NCBI RefSeq assembly: GCF_004010195.1
Contig: NC_057718.1
Span: forward strand, 74,157,604-74,221,603
Direction: 5' to 3'
Length of the DNA: 64,000 nucleotides
From: Chiloscyllium plagiosum
Taxonomy: Eukaryota
Shown: one piece after another, positions 51,340 to 63,590 of the stretch
How the letters are laid out: each line of letters starts with the position of its first letter
How positions within the stretch are numbered: the first letter of the stretch is position 1
Program-made: the position numbers and the translations under genes
The notes under the pieces: generated by a model
Database searches by the model: none
Told to the model about the DNA's origin: nothing
Seen by the model: the letters and a program-made list of their open reading frames with translations, nothing else

Positions 51340-54230
51340 GTTAAGTGTGTTCAGGAAAGTTTCCTAAAGCAGTATTTAGAGGCTCCTACTTGGGAAGGGG
51401 CAAGACCTGTTCTACTCTTGGGAAATAGGGCAGGACAGGTGATGGAGGTGACAGTGGGGGAGCACTTTGGGACCAGTGGCTATAGTTCTATTAGTTTTAT
51501 AATAGTTATGGAGAGGGACAAAACTGGTTCACAGATTCAAGTTCTAAATTCGGGCAAAGATAAATTTTGCTGGAATTAGACAGGAGCTTGCAGGGGTTGA
51601 TTGGTTTGTTTGCAGGCAAAGAGACCTCTGGCAAGTGGGAGTCTTTTAGAAGTGAGATAGCTACAGTTCAAAGTCTATATGTTCCTGTGAGGGTGAAGGG
51701 CAAGGTTGGTAGGAATAGGGAACCTTGGATGACAAGCGATATTGAGACTTTGACCAGAAAAAAGAAGGCATGGCTCAGGTACAGATCAAGGGAACCCCAG
51801 GAGGTATACAGAGGATATGAGATAGCCTTGGCTGAGAAGATTATGTCAAATCGAAAGAGTGTTCTTTAAGTACATTAAAGGAAAAATAACAAGAGAGATT
51901 ATAGGACCTGCCAATGAGCAATGTAGACATGTGTGCGTGGAACTGCATACATGCAGGGCAAGGTCCTCAATGAATATTTCTCCTGTGTTTACTGTGGAGA
52001 AAGACATGAAGACTTCACGTGGTAGTCGTAAGAACTTGGCATACTGCTGCATGATGGGATACTTGACCAAAGTATAAGGTATCTTGGCTCTCAGGCTCGC
52101 AGCTATAGTGGAAAAATACTTCCAGAGATAAAGACTGAGATTGTGTAACTATAGTTTGATGAAATATAGGGAGTGTACGTAAACCTTGTTAGTTACTCTG
52201 TTCTTGAGCAACATTGGGAACAAAACGGCTCTGTGCTTATCTTTATTTTGAATTATTGTACTGAACATTCCTGAGATGTGGAATGAAATCAAAGTTGTTT
52301 GTCTCATTGCATAAATGTAGGCTGAATATTCTGCTTGAGAGAGTGCTGTGAGACAGTGAAGGCTGTAGTAGCTTCTTTGAGAATTCACAAAAAATAAAGC
52401 TTCTTGAATCAAATCTCAAGTCTCAGACTAAGTTATTTTCTTGATACTTGGGAGTTGGGGAAGTTAGTAGTGATGTCTTGGGAACAATCCATAACATAGT
52501 AGAGGAGGTGTTAGACATATTCGAATGTATGAAGATGGATAACTATCCTGGTCTTGACCACATATTTCGAAGAACACTACAAGAGGCGAAAGAAGAAGTT
52601 GCGGAAGACCAGGGAATTTTAGATGAGTAAGCTTAATATCTGTGGTAGGTAAGTTACTTCAGAAGATTCTGAAAGACAAGTTCTTCATGCATTTAGAAAG
52701 ACAAGGTTTGATTAGGAGTAGTCAGCATGGCTGTGTGTAGGAGATCATGCCTTATAAATTGGTTAGAACTTAGAACAATACAGCACAGAACAGGCCCTTC
52801 AGCCTACGATGTTGTGCCGAACATTTGTCCGAGCTTAAGCACCCATCCATGTACCTATCCAATTGCCGCTTAAAGGTCGTCAATGATTCTGACTCTGCCA
52901 CTCCCACAGGCAGTGCATTCCATGCCCCCACCACTCACTGAGTAAAGAACCTACCCCTGACATCCCCCCATATCTTCCACCCTTCACCTTAAATTTATGT
53001 CCCCTTGTAACACTCTGTTGTACCCAGGGAAAAAAGTTCTTTGATTGATGAGGGCAGGGCAGTACACAGAGGCTATATGGATTTCAGTAAGGCCTGTGAT
53101 AAGATTCCACATGGTAGGCTGCTTTGAACGGTTAGATTGCATGGAATCCAGGGGGAGCTGGTAAACTGGATACACAATTGGCTTGATAGCAGGAAGCAGA
53201 GGGTAATAGTGGAAGATGCTTGTTGGACTGGAGACCTGTGACTAGTGGAGTGCATCAAGGGTCTGGGCTGGGCTCATTACTGTTAGTTATCTATACTGAT
53301 GATTTGGATGAGAATGTACAAGGCATGATTAGTAAGTTTGCAGATAACATTAAAATAGGCGGTATCATGGACAGTGTGGAAGGTTGTTAGAAATTGCAGC
53401 AGTACCTTGATCAGCTGGGGAAGTGGGCCCAGAAATGGCAAATGAAGCTTAATATAGAAAATTGTGAGGTCTTGCATTTTGGACCTTAATGGTCCAAATG
53501 GTAAAGGGTAGGGCCTTAAGGAGTGTAGTGGAACAGAGAGACCTTGGAGTTCAGGTGCATGGTTCTCTGAAAGTGGAGTCACAGGCAGACAGGGCAGTGG
53601 AGAAGGCTCTTGAGACACTGGCCTTCATCAGTCAGGACACTAAGTATAGAAGTTGGGAAGTTATGTTGCAGTTGTACAGGACATTGGTGAGGCCCCATTT
53701 GGAGTATTACGTTCAGTTTTGGTTACCTTGCTATAGGAAGGATGTTATTAAACTGGAAAGATTGTGGAAGAAATTTACAAGGATGTTGCCAGAACTAAGG
53801 GTCTGAGTTATCAGGAGAGGTTAGACAAGCTAGGGCTTTTTTCTTTAGAGTGGGGGAGACTGAGGGGGGATGTTATAGAAGTATATAAGATCATGAAAGG
53901 CATGGATAGGGTGAATGCACTCAGTCTTTTTCCCAGGGTTGGAGAATCAAGGACTAGAGGCATCAGTTTAAGATGAGAGGGGAAAAATAAAAGAGAACCT
54001 AAGGGGTAACTTTTTTTATGCATATGGAATGAACTGTCAGCAGAAGTGGTTGAATACATTAACAACATTTTAAAAGGCATGTGGACAAATACATGGTTCG
54101 GAAAGGTTTAGCAGGATATGCAGGGAAATGGGGTTGGTGTGGATGGACATTTTGGTCAGCATGGACCAGTTCGGGCTGAAGGGCCTGTCTACATGCTGTA
54201 GGACTCTGACTCCATGATACTCTGACTCTA
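51340..54230 (+). mobile_element. CR1 LINE nested in a minus-strand CR1 (51000-51335 and 54230-54560), with two internal inserts
   Basis: EVMLQLYRTLVRPHLEYYVQFWLP and other ORF2 remnants; minus CR1 tail inserted at ~52770-53035. Confidence 0.83.
52016..52445 (+). mobile_element. Solo-LTR-like ~430-bp insertion
   Basis: Interrupts the CR1 sequence; actt duplicated at 52012-52015 and 52446-52449; AATAAA at 52393-52398. Confidence 0.5.
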
Positions 54231-54564
54231 TCTTCTAAACTCCAATGAGTACAGGGCCAACTTATTCAACCTCCCATTCAGACAATCCCTGCAAGCCTGG
54301 GATTGCCTAATGAACATTCTCTGAACTCCCTCTTATGCTGTTATAAGGGACAGAAAACTGTTGACAGTAATCCAGGAGTGGTCTGACTAGTTCCTTGTAT
54401 AGTTTTAGAAAAAACTCTCTACTTAATATTCTATTTTTCTTTGAATAAAGGCCAACAGTCCATTTGCCTTCCCAATTATTTGATGAACTTGGAAACTAGC
54501 TTTTTTAGATTCACGGACAAGAACTCCTAAATCCCTCTGTTCCATAGCTTTCTACAGTCTTAGC

Positions 54565-56876
54565 AGTCAGGAGTTTCATCCAAATGCACAGGGGCTCAAT
54601 GTGTAGATAGGCCACCAAGACAGATGGCCACATTGGATTTGGTGCTTGGCAACGAACAAGGTCAGATGTCAGATCTCTCTGTGGGAGAGCATTTCGGTGA
54701 TAGTGATCACAACTCCCTGACGTTTACTATGGAGGGGGAGAGGAACAGACAGTATGGGAAAGTATTTAATTGATGGAGGGGGAATTACAATGCTAATAGG
54801 CAGGAACTGTGGAGCAGAAATTGGGAACAGATATTCTCAGGGAAATGCACAACAGGAATGTGGAGGTTCTTTAGGGAGCACATGCTGTCAGTGTTGGTCA
54901 GTTTTGTCCCACTGAGGCAATGAAGGGATGGTAGGGTCATGGAACCTTTGGTGACAAGGGATGTGGAACATCTAGTCAAGAGGAAGAAGGAAGCTTACTT
55001 AAGGTTGAGGAAGCATGGATCAGACAGGGTTGTGAAGGGTTACAAGGTAGCCTGGAAGTAACTGAAGAATGGACTTAGAAGGGGGCATGAAAAAGCCATG
55101 GCGATAGGATTAAGGAAAACCCCAAGGTGTTCTACACTTTTACGTGAGGAATAAGAGATAGCCAGAGTGTGGGTAGAACTCTTCAGGGATATTGGTGGGA
55201 ACTTGTATCGGAGGAGGTATGCGAGGTCCTTAATGTATAATTTGCTTAAATATTCATTAGTGAGACTGGCCTTGTTGTTTGTGAGGACAGCATGAAACAG
55301 GCTGATATGCACGAACAGGTTAATATTAAGAAGGAGGATGTGCTGGAAATTTTGAAAAACATGAGGATAAGTCCCCTGAGATACACCCAAGGTTACTACT
55401 GGAAGCGAAGGAAGAGATTGCTGCACATTTGGCGATGGTCTTTGCATCCTCACTGTCCACTGGAGTAGTACCAGATGATTGGAGGGTAGCAAACGTTATT
55501 CCCTTGTTCAAGAAAGGGAATAAGGATTGCCCAGGAAATTATAGACCAATCAGTCTTATGTCAGTGGTGGGCAAATTATTGGAGAGGATTTTGAGTGACA
55601 GGATCTATGATTACTTGGAAAACAACAGTTTGATTAGAGATAGTCAGCATGGCTTTGAGATGGGCAGATCATGCCTCACAAATCTTATTGAATTCTTTGA
55701 GAATGTGACAAAACACATTGATGAAATTAGAGCAGTGGATATGGGTGTCTATAGATTTTAGCAAGGCATTTGATAAGGTTCCCCATGGTAGGCTCATTCA
55801 GAAAGTAAGGAGGCATGGGATACAGGGAAATTTGGCTGTTTGGATACAGAATAGGCTGGCCCATAGATGACAGAGGGTGATAGTAGATGGAAAGTATTCA
55901 ACCTGGAGCTTGGTGACCAGTGGTGTTCTGCAGGGATCTGTTCTGGGGCCGCTGCGCTTATGATTTTTATAAATGACTTGGATGTGGAAGTGGAAGGGTG
56001 GGCTAGTAAGTTTGCCAATGAACTGAAGGTTGGTGGAGTTGTGGATAGTGTGGAGGGCTGTTGTAGGTTGCAACGGGACATTAACAGGATGCAGAACTGA
56101 GTTGATAAGTGGCAGATGGAGTTCAATCTGGAAAAGTGTGAAGTGATTAATTTTGTAAGGTCAAATTTGAATGCAGATTACAGGGTTAAAGACAGGAATC
56201 TTGGCAATGTGGAAGAGCAGAAAGATGTTGGGGTTCATGTCCGTAGATCCCTCCAAGTTTCCACCTATGTAGATAGGGTTATTAAGAAGGCCTATGGTGT
56301 GTTAGTTTTCATTAGCAGTGGAATTGAGTTTAAGAGCCGTGAGATTATGCTGCAGCTCTATAAAGCCCTGGTTAGAGCACACTTGGAATATTGTGTCCAG
56401 TTCTGGTCGCCTCATTATAGGAAGCTTCAGAGAGAGTGCAAAGAGGATTGACCAGGATGCTACCTGGACTGGAGGGCATGTCGTATGAAGAATGGAGCTA
56501 AGGTTTTTCTCATTGGAGCAAAGAAGGATGAGAGGTGACTTGATAGAGGTTTACAAGATGATGAGAGCCATAGATAGAATGGATTGCCAGGGACTTTCTC
56601 CCAGGGTGGAAATGGCTATCATAAGGGGGCATAATTTTAAGGTGATTGGAGGAAGGTTTTGGGGAGATGTCAGAAGTAGGTTCTTTACACAGAGAGTGGT
56701 GGGTGCATGGAATGTACTGCCAGCAATGGTGGTAGTCAGATACATTTAAGTGACTCTTGGATAGGCACATGGATGAAAGTAAAATGAAGGGTACATAGGT
56801 TAGTTATTTCTTAGAGTTGGATAAAAAGTCAGCATAACTTCGAGGGCTGAAGGGCCTGTACTGTTCTACATTCTAT
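54565..56876 (+). mobile_element. CR1 LINE ORF2 and 3' UTR
   Basis: VVPDDWRVANVIPLFKKG..NYRPISLMSVVGKLLE..QHGF..SCLTNL; LYKALVRAHLEYCVQFWSPHY. Confidence 0.9.
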
Positions 56877-58546
56877 GAAGAGAAGCAGTGGCAGTGGCAT
56901 GTGAGAGATGATGGCTATCCTTGCCCAGAAACTAGATCAATGCAGCCAGTCAAGTGACAGTCTGGCTGCCTTCATGGACAGGTTGGCTACTGCCATGGAG
57001 AGCCAGGCCCAGTGATCTACTGGACAGCAGAATTTATCTGCACTCTATCACCGCACCCATTGGTCTCCAGGACCAAAGGCATGGCAATAGGGGGACTGGG
57101 AACCTTGACCAGAGTCCAGGCTCCCTTTCCTCACAAGGAGTCAGGGCACTGCCAGGAGGCACCCAGCTGGATGACGAACCACACTGGTAAGATGACCCTT
57201 GGTGTATCTGGTGCATCTAGACATGAATGGCCGCAGGGTCATCCTGCCAATACCACAGAGCCTACAGCACAGCAGTACTCTTTCCCCTCCCCGACTCCAG
57301 CTATAAATGGGAGAGAGAAAAAACAGAAAAACAGTTATTGAGGGTGCATTGGTGGCACAGGTGAAGAAGGTTATCTTATTTTTCTAAATGCGTACATATA
57401 TATCATTGATTGTAACTTTCAGGAATCTGTTTGAGTCTCTTTTTGTAAGTGCTTGACACATTTTCACAGCAGCTCACAGCCAATCAAGATGGACTGATGT
57501 TTGTGTTTAGCTACAACCAGAAGAACAAGCTACAGGCACCACATGACCTTCTTGAATGTCCGGAATGTTTGGGTCCCTCTGTGCACACAGGTGTTGTTGC
57601 CAAAGAGTTGCCCAGCAGCAGCTGTGGCAGGGAGGTGCCACCTTCGAAAAGGGTCAATGGTGCAGAGTAACCAGCAAGTATGTTTCCTACTGGTCTTTGT
57701 GCTAGACCTTTCAGGGGTGTATGACCAATGTTGTTTCCACTTTAAAAGCCCTCTAAATGGTGTGTGGTGCAATCCCTCCCTCACAGGTCGAATCACTTAT
57801 CCCGCTCAATTCAATTGTGGTCGCAGCCATTTTCATCCCATTGCACACTCTTGATTTTCAACATGATGGGATGTGACGGTGAGCATTCCTTTCTCAGCAC
57901 CTCCCAGCTGTTTTGTCTAGACTGTATACCCACGCAGCTGCTCCAGTGTTTTATACACAGCAATCGGTGTTGGCACATCGATCTCAAGATTGACCTTGCA
58001 TGGCAGCGATTTCCAGAACTGCATGGGCTTTAAGGCCTCCAGAGGTGAGTAGAAAATTAGAAGGAATGCTGATCACAGACTCACACTTCCCAATGTCCCC
58101 ATGCAACCTGTCTACATTCATTTACACCATCAATTATCATGCTCCCTGTGCTAGCAGTGCATTTTTGAGTAACAAAGCAGCTTCCTAAAACTGAAGTCTG
58201 TCTGTTCCTTCAGAAAGACCATTCTGCATTGGAGTAGAAGGCGGTATTCTTATAACTTATCCACTTTGTAGTAAGCAATAATAATTTTGTCTGAATTGAC
58301 TCCATCCTGTCAGGTCCCTGGCACTATTTTATAAATAGGTGGGATTTCTTAATCTGGCCAACAACTATCCCACAATTGATACCCCAATGTAAAGTAAGTA
58401 CTGTAAGAAATAGAATTCAAATATGAAGAGAAAATAAAATTACATGGTTTATCCCAGGAGGACCATTATTAAATATAATAACTGGATGTAAAACCGAGGA
58501 AAATTGAAATTTCCCAGGTGACAAAGTCAACCCTTCTCAAATAACA

Positions 58547-58707
58547 GGAGAATTGACGTTTCGGGCATAAGCCCTTCTTCCTGAAGAAGGGCTTATGCCC
58601 TAAACATCGATTCTCCTGTTCCTTGGATGCTGCCTGACCTGCTGCGCTTTTCCAGCAACACATTTTCAGCTCTGATCTCCAGCATCTGCAGTCCTCACTT
58701 TCTCCTC
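58547..58707. mobile_element. Fold-back PLE family B mini-element in NT5E intron 4
   Basis: 38-bp arms at 58543-58580 and 58583-58620 with a 2-nt loop; TSD ctcaaataaca at 58536-58546 and 58708-58718. Confidence 0.88.
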
Positions 58708-58879
58708 CTCAAATAACATTCAACATAAAAGATTCAGCATTTAAATCAGGTCTGATTGAATTCTTTCAATTATGCTTTGTCATAACTCAAAACGCATGAC
58801 TTTGATAAGTTGCTTCAGAAGCTCAAATATTTTGATGCAATGAATAATTTACCAATGAAATGTGCACTTGTCACATTAC

Positions 58880-59077
58880 CTTGAGCAATACTGCTGTCTA
58901 ACAGTATTGGATTTCCCTCAGCTTTGGTCACTATTCCCATATCATTGAATGTAATTTTTAGATGTCCAAGGTATTTTCCATATGCATAGGCCTGTACCAC
59001 AGGGACATTTCTGCCATCATCTGATTTTACCCAGTAAGGATATTCACCAACAGGGATATTATTAGAAGGAGGCGTGC
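58880..59077 (-). CDS. NT5E: Ecto-5'-nucleotidase (CD73) exon 4
   Basis: Minus strand ttcacag|GC ACG CCT...CAA G|gtaatg; 198 bp; encodes (G)TPPSNNIPVGEYPYWVKSDDGRNVPVVQAYAYGKYLGHLKITFNDMGIVTKAEGNPILLDSSIAQ, with the 5'-nucleotidase VPVVQAYxxGKYLG motif; size and phase match mammalian exon 4 as recalled. Confidence 0.96.
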
Positions 59078-60234
59078 CTGTGAAGTGAAAGCAAACATTG
59101 CAATCAGTTTAGCAGACAGAAGCAGCAAAAATTAAGATCTATTATTAGCCTTGTATAGTCTGAAGGTTTTACCACACATTCAGCTCACCAAGCCTATGTT
59201 AGTTCATTAAAATGCAGCAGACTTTATTAGCTGGCACTTATGGAATCAGGAGTATGCTGATTGTTCAAAAGGTCCACACAATCAGTACAAAATCACACAC
59301 TAAATAATATAAACAAAAGGCAGGGTGTATACATATTTAAAACTTTACTTACAGAATAAATCACTTAAATATAGTTCAACTTTGTCTTAAATAAAACTCA
59401 CCAACAGAGAGCCTTCTCACTCGCACCCTCAACAGAGATCACAATAATATAGTAAACTTGCAGAATTTCAGGTATATAATTTTTGTTGGTTTATTCAGAG
59501 TGCCAGTTCGTTCGGTGCCGGTTAAAACAAAGTTTGCTGTAAATATTCAATTATTTTGTGATCCTGCTGTTGCCCAGAGTTCTGCAAACTTCTTTCATTT
59601 TTAAGTGGAGATACATTTCCTTTTAAAAGTCACTAGTGAACCTGCTTTCATTACCTTTCTGGCAATGCATTCCTGATCACACTAGCTCTGTGCAAGAAAA
59701 AAAAACTCTCATCTTCCCTGCCTTTTTGGCCATTATTTCTTACTTCATTCTTGTTCTCAGTTTTTTTTCTATTTTTTCTGTGCATGTGGGTCTCTGTTAA
59801 TTAAGGTTAGCATTTATTGCCTATCTTTAATTGTTTTTGAACTGTGTGGCTTACTAAGCTGTTTCAGAGGGCAGGAAAGAGTTGACTCCAATGTCAGAGT
59901 CGTACAACATAGAACAAGCCCTTCAGCCGATTGAGTCTGCTGTGGTCTAGAGTCAAATGTAGACCAGACAGGGTAAGGATAGGAGATTTCTTATTAATGA
60001 TAAGATATTAATGAACTAGATGGAGATTTACGACAATCAATGATAGTTTCTTGGATGCCACATTGAAATTAGCTTACAATTCTAGGTTTTATTACCAACC
60101 ATCCTAACGATAGAAACATTTTCTATCCATCCAATCAAAACTTCGGTCCCTTTAGCCTACTCTGCCATTTAATAGGATATGGCTGATTTGACATTTCTTA
60201 CATACAATTTCCTCACTTTCCCCATCTCACCACT

Positions 60235-63200
60235 GAACTAAAGGCACGGGATGGCTGAGTAACCAGGGTTATATATTTGGGCGGTTGCTTTACCCGAAAC
60301 ACTAATCAGGTAGTGTCTCCCACCCATCCTCCTCCTCTAACCAAAAACAAACGTTCTGTGTGCCGATTTGATAAGGTTACTAGCTTTTTTCAGTAATTCC
60401 TTTGGGAATTTAGAACAATGGGAATGGAGGTTGGAGCAGTTGAATGCTCCTTCTGTAGAATGTGGGAGGCAATGGTCACCGCTAGTGTCCTTGTTGACTT
60501 AAACTGCAGGAAGTACACCAAACTCCAGCTCCTTGGAATCGGTATTAGGGAAAAGAAGCTGGAGCTGGATGAACTAAGGATCATTCGGGAGGCTGAGGGG
60601 ATAATTGAGAGGAGTTACAGGGAGGTAGCCACACCTCAGGTACAGGAAGAAGGTAGATGGGTTACAGTCAGGGACAGAAAGGGAACAGGCAGACAGTGCA
60701 GGGATCCTCTGTGGCCGTTCCCCTCAATAACAAGTATACTGCTTTCGATACTGTTGGGGAGGACGACTTAACAGGAGTAAGCCATGGAATACAGGTCTCT
60801 GGCACAGAAGGGAAGGTGGGGAGAGGAGTAGAGCATTAGTTATTGGGGTCTTCATAGTTAGGGGGAAAGATAGGAGGTTCTGTGGGAACGAGAGAGGCTC
60901 ACGGTTGGCGTATTCCCTCCCAGGTGCAGGGTCCATAGTGTCTTAGATCGTGTTTTTAGGATCCCTAAGGGGGAGCAGCCTCAAGTCATGGTCCACATAG
61001 GCACCAATGGCATAGGTAAGAAGTGGGATGGGATGTAAGGCAGAAATTCAGGGAGCTAGGATGAAAGCTTAATGCCAGAACAAACAGTGTTTTATCTCTG
61101 GTTTGTTACCTGTGTCACATGCTAGCGAGGTGAGGAAAAGGGAGAGAGAGGAGTTGAACATGTGGCTACAGAGATGGTGCAGGAGGGAGGGATTCGGATG
61201 CCTGGATAATTGGGGCTCATTCTGGGGTAGGTGGGTCCTCTACAAACAGGATGGTCTACGCCTGAACCAGAGAGGTACCAATATCTTGGGGTGGGGGTGG
61301 GGGTTGCTAATGCTCTTCAGGCGGATTTAAATTAATTCAGCAGAGGGGGGATGGGAACCTGAATTGTAGCTCCAGTGTACAGGGGGTTGAGAGTAGTGAG
61401 GTCATGAATAAGGTTTCAAGGTTGCAGGAGTGTACCAGCAGGCAGGGTGTCTATTTCAATGCCAGGAGCATCTGGAATAAGGTGGGTGAACTTGCAGAAT
61501 GGGTTGGTACCTTGGTCTTCGATGTTGTGGGCATTTCAGAGACATGGATAGAGCAGGGACAGGAATGATTGTTGCATGTTCTGGGATTTAGCTGTTTCAG
61601 TAAGAACAGGGACGGTGGTAAAACAGGGGGAGGTGTGGCATTGTTACTCACGGACAGTATTATGGTGGTAGAAAGGACGTTTGAGGAGGACTCGTCTACT
61701 GAGGTAGTATGGGCTGAGGTTTGAAACAGGAAAAGAGAGGTCCCTCTGTTGGGAGCTTTCTATAGGCCTCCAAAAAGTTCCAGAGATATACAGGAAAGGA
61801 TTGCAAAGATGATTCTGGATAGGAGTGAAAGTAACAGCATAGTTGTTAGGGGGACTTTAACTTCCCTAATATTGATTCAAAATGCTATAGTTTGAATACC
61901 TTAGATGGGTCAGCTTATTCCCAATGTATGCAGCAGGTTTCCTGACACAGTATGTAGATAGGACTGCAGATGCTAGAGATTAGAGTTGAGAGTGTGATGC
62001 TGGAAAAACACAGCAGGTCAGGCAGCATCTGAGGAGCAGGAGAATTGACGTTTTGGGCAGAAGCCCTTCCTGATGAAGTCGATTCTCCTGCTCCTCGAAT
62101 GCTGCCTGACCTGCTGCGCTTTTCCAGCATCACACTCTCGACAGTATGTAGATAAGCCAATAAGAGGCAAGGCCACATTGGATTTGGTACTGGGTAATGA
62201 ACCAGGTCAGGTGTTAGATTTAGAGGTATGTGAGCACTTTGGTGATAGTGACCACAATTCAGATAAGTTTACTTTAGCATTGGAAAGGATTATAAGAGAT
62301 AAGATTTATAATCATCCAGAAAGGAATAATTTGATTAGGGATAGCCAGCATGGTTTTGTAAAGGGTAGGCTGTGCATCACAAAGCTTATTGAAGTGACAA
62401 AACAGGTGGTTGAGGGTAAAGTGGTTGATGTGGTATATATGGATTTCAGTAGTGTTGATAAGGTTCCCCACAGTAAACTATTGCAGAAAATATGGAGGCA
62501 TGGGATTGTGGGTGATTCAGCAGTTTGGATCAGAAATTGCTAGCTGAAAGAAGACAGAGGGTGGTGGTTGCTGGGTGGTGGTTCATCCTGGAGTTCAGTT
62601 ACTAGTGGTGTACAACAAGGATCTGTTTTGGGGGCTCTGCTGTTTGTCATTTTTATAAGTGACCTAGATAAGGGCGTAGGATTATCGGTTAGTAATTGCG
62701 GATGACACTAGAGTCGGTGGAGTTGTGGACTGTGTGGAAGGATGTTGCAGGTTACAGAGGAACATAGATAAGCTGCAGAGCTGGGCTGAGAGGTAGCAAA
62801 TGGAGTTTAATTTGGAAAAGTGTGAGGTGATTCAATTTGGAATGAGTAACAGGAATACAGAGTACTGCGCTAATGGAAGATTCTTGGTAGTGTGGATGAG
62901 CAGAGAGATCTCAGTGTCCATGTGCATAGATCCCTGAAAGTTGACACCCAGGTTGATAGGGTTATTAAGAAGGTATAAGGTGTGTTAGCTTTGATTGGTA
63001 CAGGGATTGAGTTTCAGAGCCATGAGATCATGTTGTAGCTGTACAAAACTCTGCTGCAGCTGCACTTGGAGTATTGCATAGAGTTTTGGTTGCCACATTA
63101 TAGGAAGGATGTGGAAGCTTTAGAAAGGGTGCAGCGGAGACTTACTAGGATGTTGCTGGGTATGGAGGGAAGGTCTTATGAGGAAAGGCTGAGAGACTTG

Positions 63201-63590
63201 AGGCTGTTTTTGTTAGAGAGAAGGTTAAAAGGTGACCTAATAGAGGCGTACAAGATGATCAGAGGTTTATATAGGGTGGACCGTGAGAGCCTTTTTCCTC
63301 GAATGGTGATGGCTAGCAGGAGGGGACATAGCTTTAAAATGAGGGGTGATAGATATAGGACAGTTGTCAGAGGTAGGTTCTTCACTCAAAGAGTAGTAAG
63401 GGCGTGGAATGCCCTGTCTGCAACAGTAGTAGACTCGCCAATTTTAAGGGCATTTAAATGGCCATTCGATAAATACATGGATGATAATGGAATAGTGTAG
63501 GTTAGATGGACTTCAGATTGGTTTCACAGGTCAGCGCTACATCAGGGGCCGAAGGGTCTGTACTGCGCTGTATTGTTCTCTGTTCTATGT
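60235..63590 (+). mobile_element. CR1 LINE with 5' UTR, ORF1, ORF2 (internal deletion) and 3' tail
   Basis: AVECSFCRMWE..NCRKY; ELNMWLQRWCRREGF..YKQDGL; LDLVLGNEPGQV..FGDSDHN; QHGFVKGR; LERVQRRLTRM. Confidence 0.9.
61961..62140. mobile_element. Fold-back PLE family B mini-element with 14-bp TSD
   Basis: TSD acagtatgtagata at 61947-61960 and 62141-62154; inverted arms enclose a hammerhead remnant. Confidence 0.88.
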
